A DNA stretch of 61,651 nucleotides, counting the filler. It is 4 parts of 4 records of this genome, joined end to end, with 100 filler letters (N's around TTAATTAATTAA, not from the genome) between each part and the next. Parts side by side here need not be neighbours in the genome. Positions count along the whole stretch, not along the records: positions 1 to 19,455 come from SRR20825006_920; 3 more parts are not named here. One strand, 5' to 3'. Shown in pieces: positions 1-8,272 of the stretch. A program made the translations under genes and the position numbers. The notes below the pieces were generated by a model, which was given only the letters and a program-made list of their open reading frames with translations, had not been told where the DNA came from and did not search any database. How positions within the stretch are numbered: position 1 is the stretch's first letter; each line of letters opens with the position of its first letter.

Positions 1-775
1 TCAGCGTGCGCTCAAACTGGCCGGTGTTTTCGGCGTTGATGCGGAAATAGGTCGAGAGTTCCATCGGGCAACGGGTGTTTGGCGGGATGTAGACAAAGGA
101 CCCGTCCGAGAAGACCGCAGAATTCAAGGTGGCGTAATAGTTGTCCGAGACCGGCACCACGGAGGCCAGATATTTCTGAACCAACTCCGGGTGTTCCTTG
201 ATCGCTTCCGAGATCGAACAGAAAATCACCCCGGCTTTTTCAAGCTCTTTTTTAAAGGTCGTGCCGACAGAAACCGAGTCAAACACCGCGTCCACCGCCA
301 CTTTGCGCTCGGAATTGGCGCCGTCGGCAGGCACCTCGCCCGCGCCTTCGACACCGGCCAAAATCATCTGTTCTTTCAAAGAGATGCCGAGCTTTTCATA
401 GGTCGCCAAAAGTTTCGGATCGACGTCGTCCAAAGACTTCGGCTTGTCTTCCATGCTTTTCGGGCGGGCGTAATAATACTGATCCTGAAAGTCGATTTCA
501 GGATACTCGACCATGGCCCAATTCGGCTCTTCCATGGTCAGCCAACGACGATAGGCCTCAAGCCGCCAGTCCAGCATCCATTCCGGCTCTTCGTTTTTGG
601 CCGAAATCAAACGCACGATGTCCTCGGACAGACCTTTGGGGGCGTAGTCCATTTCGATATCGGTGTCCCAGCCGTATTTATAGGTGCCAGCCAGCGCCTG
701 AACGGCATCAACAGTGTCCTGTTCCACCCCGTCCTTGACTTGAACCGCGTCTTTAACCTGAACGTCATCCGTCAT
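1..775 (-). CDS. sufB: Fe-S cluster assembly protein SufB (5' part; runs off the window start; not in the ORF track)
   Basis: Hand translation gives [49 protein letters not shown]...[25 protein letters not shown] upstream; lies downstream of the cysteine desulfurase. Confidence 0.96.
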   Translation of the reverse strand, partial: MTDDVQVKDAVQVKDGVEQDTVDAVQALAGTYKYGWDTDIEMDYAPKGLSEDIVRLISAKNEEPEWMLDWRLEAYRRWLTMEEPNWAMVEYPEIDFQDQYYYARPKSMEDKPKSLDDVDPKLLATYEKLGISLKEQMILAGVEGAGEVPADGANSERKVAVDAVFDSVSVGTTFKKELEKAGVIFCSISEAIKEHPELVQKYLASVVPVSDNYYATLNSAVFSDGSFVYIPPNTRCPMELSTYFRINAENTGQFERTL

Positions 776-851
776 CGGATCACTCCTTCGTCTGTGCCAA
801 ATGGCATGTGCGTCTTATGGGGCTCTCGTGTCGGCCCCTCTTAATATCGGG

Positions 852-1895
852 TTAGGCCGCTCGTTTTTTCCAACGGCCATAGGCGGCAAGCCATGCTGTG
901 GCAAACCGCTCAATCTCTTGTGTCGTCGTCTGCGGGCCGATGGACACGCGCAGCGCGCTCATCGCCTCAGTCTCATCATATCCCATGGCGCGCAGCACCT
1001 TTGAGGCTTTGACCTTGCCGCTCGAACAGGCCGATCCGGCACTCACCGCAAACCCCGCCAAATCCATTTGCATCACCTGTGTCTCGCCCTTCCAACCGGG
1101 CGTGATCAGGCACATCGTATTGGGCAGGCGCGCATGCGGTTTGCCAACGAACATCGGCGTGTCGATCTCTTGTGCCAACAGATCTTCCAACAGATCGCGC
1201 TTTTGCGCCACCTCGTCCCAAACCCCGTTTGCCAGGGCCTTGGCCGCCGCTTGTGCCGCCGCCCCAAAGCCCGCAATGCCGATCAGGTTTTCCGTGCCCG
1301 AGCGACGTCCCATCTCTTGCCCGCCGCCGCGAATGCCCGCCACAACGTCCAACCCCTGACGCAGCACCAAAGCGCCGACACCTTTGGGCCCGCCGATCTT
1401 ATGGCCCGAGATCAGCGCCATATCGCAGCCGATCCAATTGAACGCCACCGGCAGTTTGCCAAACCCCTGAGTCGCATCGCAAAGTGCCAATCCGTCCGGC
1501 AGCTCCTGCACGATTCCGGTCTCTGAATTCGCCAGTTGCAGCGCCGACATCGCTGGATTCAAACAGTTCACCGCACCGTCTGAGGTCACCGGAAGCGACC
1601 CGCCCGACCAGGATGACACCGCCTCATGTTCCACATCGGCACAGTGCAACCCCCGTCCGGCCATCGCCAAAGCCGCCGCCTCAGTCGCCCCAGAGGTGAA
1701 CACAATATCCGCGCCATCGGCCCCGAAAGCCTCGGCCACCTGCGCCCGCGCCCGCTCCATCAGGCCTTTGGCCGCACGGCCCTCGGCATGGACCGAAGAC
1801 GGATTGCCGACCACATCCATCGCCGCCATCATCGCCTTTCGCGCCGCCGCACCAAGCGGTGCCGTTGCGTTGTAATCGAGATATGTGCGGCTCAT
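852..1895 (-). CDS. iscS: Cysteine desulfurase (IscS/NifS family)
   Basis: YLDYNATAP, GNPSSVH, FTSGATE, SGHKIGGPKG (PLP Lys) and SAGSACSSG (catalytic Cys). Start moved to MSRTYLD at 1895. Confidence 0.93.
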   Translation of the reverse strand: MSRTYLDYNATAPLGAAARKAMMAAMDVVGNPSSVHAEGRAAKGLMERARAQVAEAFGADGADIVFTSGATEAAALAMAGRGLHCADVEHEAVSSWSGGSLPVTSDGAVNCLNPAMSALQLANSETGIVQELPDGLALCDATQGFGKLPVAFNWIGCDMALISGHKIGGPKGVGALVLRQGLDVVAGIRGGGQEMGRRSGTENLIGIAGFGAAAQAAAKALANGVWDEVAQKRDLLEDLLAQEIDTPMFVGKPHARLPNTMCLITPGWKGETQVMQMDLAGFAVSAGSACSSGKVKASKVLRAMGYDETEAMSALRVSIGPQTTTQEIERFATAWLAAYGRWKKRAA

Positions 1896-2473
1896 GATGC
1901 CCCCTTGGCCGCGCCACGTTTGCCCGCCCACTTGAGAAGCGCCTTGCGCTGATCTTCGGAGGTGTTGCGCAGCGATCCAATCAGGCGCACCTTGGCCTTC
2001 ATGCCGGTGAATTCAAGGATCGTGCGCTTCATCCGGTTGGGTCCAGCATTGCGGTTCATCATGCGGTAATACAGCGCGGGCGTGTCCATCGTGGTGATCG
2101 CCTCCGCGGTACGGCCTTTGAGGAGCTTGTCCCAAAACGGATCGTTTTCGTGATACTTAAACGCCGTTCCGGGCAAGAATGTGCGTTCAAAAAAGCCCTG
2201 CAACAGGGCGGGATGCCCGCCCCACCATGTGGGATAAAACAGGGCAAAATGATCGCACCATTCAATCGCCTCAAACGCGGCTTCAAGATCCGGCTCAAGG
2301 GGTTGCACCTGAGCGTACCCATTGTGCAAGATCGGGTCGAATGCCATGTCACGCAGCACAATCCGTCTGATGTCGGCCCCGGCCTCTTGTGCCGCGGTGG
2401 CATAGCTGTCCGCCAGCGCAGTACAAAACCGCCCCGCCCCCGGATGCGCATCAAGAATGGCGATACGTGGCAT
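1892..2473 (-). CDS. NAD(P)H-dependent oxidoreductase, flavodoxin-like fold (Flavodoxin_2 type)
   Basis: ILDAHP, FDPILHNGY, PLEPDL, YPTWWGGHPALLQGFFER and ITTMDTP motifs. Its stop overlaps the iscS start (ATGA). Confidence 0.85.
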   Translation of the reverse strand: MPRIAILDAHPGAGRFCTALADSYATAAQEAGADIRRIVLRDMAFDPILHNGYAQVQPLEPDLEAAFEAIEWCDHFALFYPTWWGGHPALLQGFFERTFLPGTAFKYHENDPFWDKLLKGRTAEAITTMDTPALYYRMMNRNAGPNRMKRTILEFTGMKAKVRLIGSLRNTSEDQRKALLKWAGKRGAAKGAS

Positions 2474-2477
2474 TGCC

Positions 2478-2939
2478 TTAGTCCTCATCCACAACAGCAA
2501 ACAGGGTCGGCACCGCCGGACAGGGCCGCAATTCGTTGCGGATCACGTCCGAAAGCCGGGTTTGATGCAAGAACACATAGACATGCGCCGACAGGCCCTC
2601 CCACAACCGGTTGGTCATGCTCTGCGCCCGTGACCCGGAGACACCGCCCGAGGCCCCGGCCCCGGTGTGCATCGCCGACACGGTTTCATCCACCGCCCCC
2701 ATGATGTCAGACACACGAATTTCGGAGGCTGGTCGCGCCAATTTATAACCGCCGCCCGGACCCCGCACCGAAATCACCAAATCGGCCCGGCGCAGTTTGA
2801 CGAACAGTTGCTCCAGATAGGGCAACGAAATGTCCTGGCGTTTGGAAATCTCCGCCAGCGACAATAGCGCATTGTCCGGCTGCAACGCCAAATCCGCGAG
2901 CGCCACCATTGCATAACGTCCTTTGGTCGACAACTTCAT
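2478..2939 (-). CDS. iscR: Rrf2-family regulator IscR, Rhodobacteraceae type lacking the three canonical Cys
   Basis: MKLSTKGRYAMVALADLA...SLPYLEQLFVKLRRADLV.SVRGPGGGYKL; a single Cys in the C-terminal PCP; first gene of the isc-suf operon. Confidence 0.92.
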   Translation of the reverse strand: MKLSTKGRYAMVALADLALQPDNALLSLAEISKRQDISLPYLEQLFVKLRRADLVISVRGPGGGYKLARPASEIRVSDIMGAVDETVSAMHTGAGASGGVSGSRAQSMTNRLWEGLSAHVYVFLHQTRLSDVIRNELRPCPAVPTLFAVVDED

Positions 2940-3175
2940 GTCAGTGTCCCTCTTGATGCGATCCGAAACCATTTTGGCCCGATCATCGCGGCGTAATCCG
3001 CTTCTTAAACGCTCCAAACACCGCATCAATGACGACACGAGCGGTCACAGGGGCCGTTTTGGCGCATTTCCGCGCGTTTCCCCTTCGTAATGAGGCGAAA
3101 AACGGCGCAAATACATTGACGTATGCGGCGTGGAGCCTTACCTCCATACCACTCCCGCGCGGTCGCTCACGCAGA

Positions 3176-3192
3176 TTTAGAATGTTTCTAAA
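3176..3192. promoter_or_regulatory. Irr iron control element (ICE)
   Basis: TTTAGAA-TGT-TTCTAAA is an exact match to the alphaproteobacterial ICE consensus TTTAGAA-N3-TTCTAAA, upstream of iscR. Confidence 0.85.
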
Positions 3193-3217
3193 TTGCCCGA
3201 GAGATTTCGTCAACTAT
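3185..3217 (-). promoter_or_regulatory. sigma70-type promoter of the isc-suf operon overlapped by an IscR type-1-like site
   Basis: Minus strand TTGACG-N17-TAGAAA (3213-3185). ATAGTTGACGAAATCTCTCGGGCAA (3217-3193) resembles the IscR type-1 site ATASYYGACTRwwwYAGTCRRSTAT. Confidence 0.65.
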
Positions 3218-3357
3218 AAAGGCAGCGCGGTGGAAAAACGAGAGCAAAAGCGACAGCCCGACAGGGCTCGTTCCGCTCGGGCCCTCCTTGCGCGCCACAT
3301 AATTCGGTGTGTGCAACGTAAGCTGGCCCGCGGAACGGAACAGGAGACAGGGACCCA

Positions 3358-4011
3358 ATGCCCGAAGTGATTTTTCCCGGCCCAGAAGGCCGGCTTGAAG
3401 GCCGCTACCATCCGCAACGCGCTAAAGACGCCCCCATCGCCATCATTCTTCATCCCCATCCGCAATTCGGCGGCACGATGAACAATCGCGTGGTCTATAA
3501 TCTGCATTATGCCTTCCACCAAATGGGCTTTACCGTTTTGCGGTTTAACTTCCGTGGCGTGGGCCGGTCGCAGGGCGAATATGATCAAGGTGTGGGTGAG
3601 TTGTCAGATGCCGCCTCCGCGCTCGATTATCTGCAATCCATGAACCCCAATGCCAAACATTGCTGGGTCGCGGGCTTTAGCTTTGGGGCCTGGATCGGGA
3701 TGCAGCTTTTGATGCGCCGCCCGGAAATCTCCGGCTTTATCTCGGTCGCCCCACCCGCCAATATGTATGATTTCTCCTTCCTCGCACCCTGCCCGGCCTC
3801 GGGTCTGGTGATCAACGGCACGGCCGACCGCGTCGCCCCGCCAAAAGACACCCAGTCCCTGGTCGCCAAGTTGCATGAGCAAAAGGGCATCACCATCACC
3901 CATGAAGAGGTCGAAGGTGCGGGCCATTTCTTTGAAGATCCGCATATGGAACATATGATCAGCTCGGTCGACACCTATGTCCGCCGCCGTCTGACCGAAA
4001 CCAGCCGCTAA
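3358..4011 (+). CDS. Alpha/beta hydrolase, divergent from iscR
   Basis: HPHPQFGGTMNN, RFNFRGVGRSQG, GFSFG nucleophile elbow, GTAD, GAGHFF. Confidence 0.9.
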   Translation: MPEVIFPGPEGRLEGRYHPQRAKDAPIAIILHPHPQFGGTMNNRVVYNLHYAFHQMGFTVLRFNFRGVGRSQGEYDQGVGELSDAASALDYLQSMNPNAKHCWVAGFSFGAWIGMQLLMRRPEISGFISVAPPANMYDFSFLAPCPASGLVINGTADRVAPPKDTQSLVAKLHEQKGITITHEEVEGAGHFFEDPHMEHMISSVDTYVRRRLTETSR

Positions 4012-4036
4012 TCCGCCGCTTTCAGAGGGTCACACG

Positions 4037-4306
4037 ATGAGCATCATGGAAGATCTGGCCGACGCCTTGGCCAAGGACACGATCGACGCCTTGGATATTG
4101 TCGGCACGGACGAACTCATTCAGGATGTGGCCCGCGTCATCGGCGCCTCCTCTGTCACCACACAGGAGGCGTTTTTGACCTCTGCCCGCGTGCGCCTGTC
4201 GGAAAAACGGGCGCGCGTTTACCTTGAAAAACGCATTGAAGAGGCGAAAAAGGGACTGGCCGCCTCCGCGCCCCCGCCCAGTGCCGAGGATGACATTGAA
4301 TATTGA
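4037..4306 (+). CDS. Hypothetical helical protein (89 aa)
   Basis: AGAGGG RBS, host-like codon usage, operonic position between the hydrolase and the HD gene. Confidence 0.75.
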   Translation: MSIMEDLADALAKDTIDALDIVGTDELIQDVARVIGASSVTTQEAFLTSARVRLSEKRARVYLEKRIEEAKKGLAASAPPPSAEDDIEY

Positions 4307-5507
4307 CGCCACCCTGCCCGCTTTGCCCGAATTGACGGTGCAAGAGTCCACCCGACTGAATGCCCAATATGCATTTTTGCGGGAGGCGGATCGGCTTAAA
4401 ACCGTGTTGCGCGCCAATCAATTGATGGATCGCTCGCGGTTTGAAAACTCCGCCGAACATTCCTGGCACGCCGCCCTTTTGGCGCTCCTGTGCGCGCCCA
4501 TGGCCGGGCCGGACGTGGACATCTCCCGCGTCATCGAAATGCTGATGCTGCATGATATTGTTGAGGTCGATGCGGGCGATCATCCGATCCACATCACCCA
4601 CAACCCCGCCTCTGTCGCCGCGTTGGAAGAGGCCGCCGCAGATCGCATTTATGGCCTCTTGCCCGAGGATCTGCGCCGCCGCTTTCGCGCCACCTGGGAA
4701 GAGTTCGAAGCGATGCAAAGCCCGACCGCGCGCTATGCCAAGGCGATTGATTTCCTCGCCCCCGCGCTGCAATGCATTGGTGCGCCGGAACAGCAAGACG
4801 ACGAACGTCACATCGTCGCGACCAACCTGACCCAAGGCCGCGCCACCAAGACCAAAGACATCCTGCCCGACCTGTTCGAATTCACCCGCGCCGGGTTTTA
4901 TGGCGCGCCGGTGGACCCCGCCCTCGCCGCCCGCTTTGCCTTTTGGTGTGAGGCGGATCGGCTGAAATCGGTCTACCGCGCCACCCCCATCGCCGATGGC
5001 TCGCGCAAGGAAAACACCGGTGAACATTCGTGGCACATCATGCTCTACGCCCTGACGCTTGCGGATCAGGCGCAGGACGGCGTGGACATTGCTCTGGCGC
5101 TCAAGATGTTGTTGCTGCACGATATTGTCGAGATTGATGCCGGCGACACGCCGATCCATGGCGCGGTGACGCCCGAGGCGCAAAAGGCACAAGAGGAGGC
5201 CGAGATCAAAGCCGCAGACCGCCTGTTTGGCCTGTTGCCACCTGAGCAAGACGCCGAATTCCGCGCCATTTGGGAAGACTTCGAAGCCGCCCAAACCCCG
5301 ACCGCGATCTTTGCCAAATCCATCGACCGGGTCCAACCCGTGCTGCACAATCTGGCCGATGACGGCGGCTCATGGCGCACCTATGACGTGAAACTGCACC
5401 AACTCGATGCCCGCGTCGGCGTCAAAATCGCCAAAGGCTGCCCCAAACTCTGGCCCTACATCCGCAGCCAATGCGAACCCTGGTTCGTGGCGCGGGGGGC
5501 GCTTTGA
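4290..5507 (+). CDS. Tandem HD-domain phosphohydrolase (two HD_3/HDDC2-like domains)
   Basis: Two repeats: ENSAEHSWH...LHDIVEVDAGD...AKAID and ENTGEHSWH...LHDIVEIDAGD...AKSIDR. Start moved to the ATG at 4290. Confidence 0.88.
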   Translation: MTLNIDATLPALPELTVQESTRLNAQYAFLREADRLKTVLRANQLMDRSRFENSAEHSWHAALLALLCAPMAGPDVDISRVIEMLMLHDIVEVDAGDHPIHITHNPASVAALEEAAADRIYGLLPEDLRRRFRATWEEFEAMQSPTARYAKAIDFLAPALQCIGAPEQQDDERHIVATNLTQGRATKTKDILPDLFEFTRAGFYGAPVDPALAARFAFWCEADRLKSVYRATPIADGSRKENTGEHSWHIMLYALTLADQAQDGVDIALALKMLLLHDIVEIDAGDTPIHGAVTPEAQKAQEEAEIKAADRLFGLLPPEQDAEFRAIWEDFEAAQTPTAIFAKSIDRVQPVLHNLADDGGSWRTYDVKLHQLDARVGVKIAKGCPKLWPYIRSQCEPWFVARGAL

Positions 5508-5648
5508 GGAGCATAACTGGGGGATTTCGTGCTGGGTGTGAAGGTCGGACGAAGCGGGCATTGGGGCTTAGGCTTGCCAAGTCCGCCTACGGCCCAAATG
5601 GACCATCCACCTGATGGCAGCAGGTGCCAGCTCCCAAGGTTGCCGCTG

Positions 5649-6215
5649 CTAACCTTCCCGACCAACCGTCTCAGATTCCAGCCCACGTTCGATATGCTCT
5701 GCGCATGGATCGATTATGTCGAGGAGAGGAACCCATTTAAAAAATGGACCAGGCTTCACTTCTCGCCTCTTTCCGTCAAACCAAGACTGGCTTTCTTGGT
5801 CAAAGGTCCATGAAACATCAATTACAACTTGATTTCCCCAGTGGGATGCCCCGGACCAATACCACAACCAACGGTCTATAGGTTCTGAAGCGACGCCTTT
5901 GGAGCTGGGAACATCTTCGTCCTTATTTCTTCTCACTGCATGCTTGGTTGCATTCGACGCCTGTCGGATGAGGCGAAATTTCCATGCATCATCATGTAGG
6001 TCATCTTGCAGCCGATCTTTAAATCTCTCTTCGATTTTGCCGCGTTGGGATTGAGTGAGTTTTTGCATATCACGACATTGGAATGCGCAGTGTGACGCGT
6101 AGGAATCCAGCGACCAAATGGCGCAAAACCCTTTGTGGAGCGAGTGGGGTTGTTCCCTAAACTCAGTAAGTATCGGCTCAAGAATTTCCGCTTTGAACGT
6201 AAGCGCATCAAGCAT
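5649..6215 (-). CDS. Hypothetical protein (188 aa), low GC, possible HEPN-like RNase
   Basis: ATG at 6215 preceded by AAGGAAATTCAGGA; helical N-terminal half with IRQASNATKH; GC clearly lower than the flanking genes. Confidence 0.6.
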   Translation of the reverse strand: MLDALTFKAEILEPILTEFREQPHSLHKGFCAIWSLDSYASHCAFQCRDMQKLTQSQRGKIEERFKDRLQDDLHDDAWKFRLIRQASNATKHAVRRNKDEDVPSSKGVASEPIDRWLWYWSGASHWGNQVVIDVSWTFDQESQSWFDGKRREVKPGPFFKWVPLLDIIDPCAEHIERGLESETVGREG

Positions 6216-6363
6216 TCCTGAATTTCCTTTTGAACATAACAGGGGGGACGGTGACAGGTGCCTACACATAGCGGACATTTGTTGAACTTGCAGCATCCGT
6301 CAACTTGGCCTCAAACCGGACATTCTGCCCTCCAGAAACCAATCCCTCGCCCCCAACTCCACC

Positions 6364-6789
6364 TCACGCCCTGTTCGGCGGAATGGCATAGGTCAGTGAC
6401 GCCTGCGCCAAGACCGCGTCCGAGCCGGGGTTGCGAATTGCAACCTGTCCCACGGCCAAGGTTCTGCCGAGTTTCAACAACCGCGCTTCGCCCAAAAGCG
6501 GCAGATCGGCGGCGGGTTTGCGCATGAAATCAATGTGGGCATTGGTGGTCACGGCCAAGGCGACCGGGCCGATTTTGGCGAGGATGGCAAAGTAAAGCGC
6601 CACGTCGGCCAGGAGGAACATCGTCGGCCCGGACAGTGTGCCGCCGGGCCGGACATGGCGCGCGTCGGGGGTGAGGCGCAGGGTCACGGCGTCGTCCGTG
6701 ACGGTCTCGACGCTCAACACATCGCCCACTTCGGTGAACTCCCGCGCCAGAAAGGCCTCCAGCGCGGGTTTGTCCATCACATTCGCCAT
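6364..6789 (-). CDS. PaaI-family thioesterase
   Basis: HVRPGGTLSGPTMFLLAD, AVTTNAHIDFMRKP, LLKLGRTLAVG hotdog-fold motifs. Confidence 0.9.
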   Translation of the reverse strand: MANVMDKPALEAFLAREFTEVGDVLSVETVTDDAVTLRLTPDARHVRPGGTLSGPTMFLLADVALYFAILAKIGPVALAVTTNAHIDFMRKPAADLPLLGEARLLKLGRTLAVGQVAIRNPGSDAVLAQASLTYAIPPNRA

Positions 6790-8270
6790 CAGAAACCGTA
6801 AATCCCGGCAAACTTTGCCTCAAGATAGTCCAAAAGCGGCGCTTCGGTCGGCTCAAAGCCACAGGCATGCACGATGGTGTCGCGCGGCTCGCGCAGACCG
6901 CCGAACTGTTGCAGATGCTCGGCCAACCACGCGGTCGCGGGCGCGGTGTCGCCTTTGACCAAGGCGCTGTCCAAATCCGGCACGTCGGCGCGCAGAGCTT
7001 GGTGCAGACAGCCGGCGTAGACATTGCCCAGCGAATAGGTCGGAAAATAGCCAAACAGGCCCACCGGCCAATGCACATCCTGAAGACAGCCATTTGATAT
7101 TTTATCGACTTTGACGCCAAAATCCGCCTCAAATCGCGCATCCCATGCTGCGGGCAGATCGGCAATCTCCAAATCGCCACCGATGATCTGACGCTCCAAA
7201 TCAAAGCGCAAAAGCACATGCAGGTTGTATTGCACCTCGTCGGATTCCGTGCGGATATAGCCCGGCAGGACGCGGTTGACGGCGGCATAGAACCCTTCGG
7301 CGCTGTCGATGCCGATGTCGCCAAAGCTGTCGCGCATCTGGCCATAAAGGTATTCGGTAAAGGCACGCGAACGGCCGAGTTGGTTCTCGTAAATCCGCGA
7401 CTGGCTTTCGTGGACGCCCATAGAGACGCCCTCGCCCAGAGGCGTCAAAAGATAGTCGCCATTGATGTTTTGCTCATAGCACGCGTGGCCGACCTCGTGG
7501 ATGGTTGAGTAGATCGAATTGAACGGGTCTTCGGGGTTGGTGCGGGTGGTGATGCGCACATCCTGGCCCGACCCCGACGAGAACGGATGCACCGCCTTAT
7601 CAATCCGTCCGCGCGCGAAATCATAGCCAAAATTCACCGCCAGCGCCGTGGTCAGCGCCATTTGTTTGGCCTCATCAAAGGTCCCGGTGAGACCCTTGGG
7701 CTGATCCGCCCCCATGATTTTATCGCGCAGCGCCACCAATCGGGGCCGCAGCGCGCCGAACATGGCGTCCAATTCCGCCCCCGACGAGCCGGGTTCGTAA
7801 TCTTGGTGCAACGCGTCCCAAAGATCATGATCCGTGCCCTGCTGCAACGCCGCCGCCTCTTCGCGGCGCAGCGCCACGACCTGTTCAAACATCGGGGCGA
7901 AATGGGCGAAATCATCGCGGGCGCGGGCCTCGGCCCAGACCCCTTGGGCCATGGACGTGACCTTGGCCAATTCCGCCGCCAAACGCGCCGGAATTTTGAC
8001 CGCGCGCTCGTAAGACCGGCGGATGTGACGCAACTGCGCCTGAGACACCGCGTCCAAAGAGCTTGGATCAATCGAGGACAGCCAATCGCCCAAACGGGGA
8101 TCGGATTTGCGGGTATGAAGCACGTTCTCTAGCGCTTCGAACTCCTCACCACGCTGCTCGGCGGCTCCTTTGGGCATCATGGTTTCCTGATCCCAATTCA
8201 ACCGGCCCATAATGGCGCCAAGCGCACGGGTTTCACGGGTAAAACCCATCAGATCATCAAATGCGGACAT
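6789..8270 (-). CDS. Carboxypeptidase, family M32 (Taq type)
   Basis: WDQETMMP, HPF, DVRITTR, HEVGH (HEXXH), HESQS, GCLQDVHW, GYFPTYSLG. Confidence 0.96.
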   Translation of the reverse strand: MSAFDDLMGFTRETRALGAIMGRLNWDQETMMPKGAAEQRGEEFEALENVLHTRKSDPRLGDWLSSIDPSSLDAVSQAQLRHIRRSYERAVKIPARLAAELAKVTSMAQGVWAEARARDDFAHFAPMFEQVVALRREEAAALQQGTDHDLWDALHQDYEPGSSGAELDAMFGALRPRLVALRDKIMGADQPKGLTGTFDEAKQMALTTALAVNFGYDFARGRIDKAVHPFSSGSGQDVRITTRTNPEDPFNSIYSTIHEVGHACYEQNINGDYLLTPLGEGVSMGVHESQSRIYENQLGRSRAFTEYLYGQMRDSFGDIGIDSAEGFYAAVNRVLPGYIRTESDEVQYNLHVLLRFDLERQIIGGDLEIADLPAAWDARFEADFGVKVDKISNGCLQDVHWPVGLFGYFPTYSLGNVYAGCLHQALRADVPDLDSALVKGDTAPATAWLAEHLQQFGGLREPRDTIVHACGFEPTEAPLLDYLEAKFAGIYGF

Positions 8271-8272
8271 GA

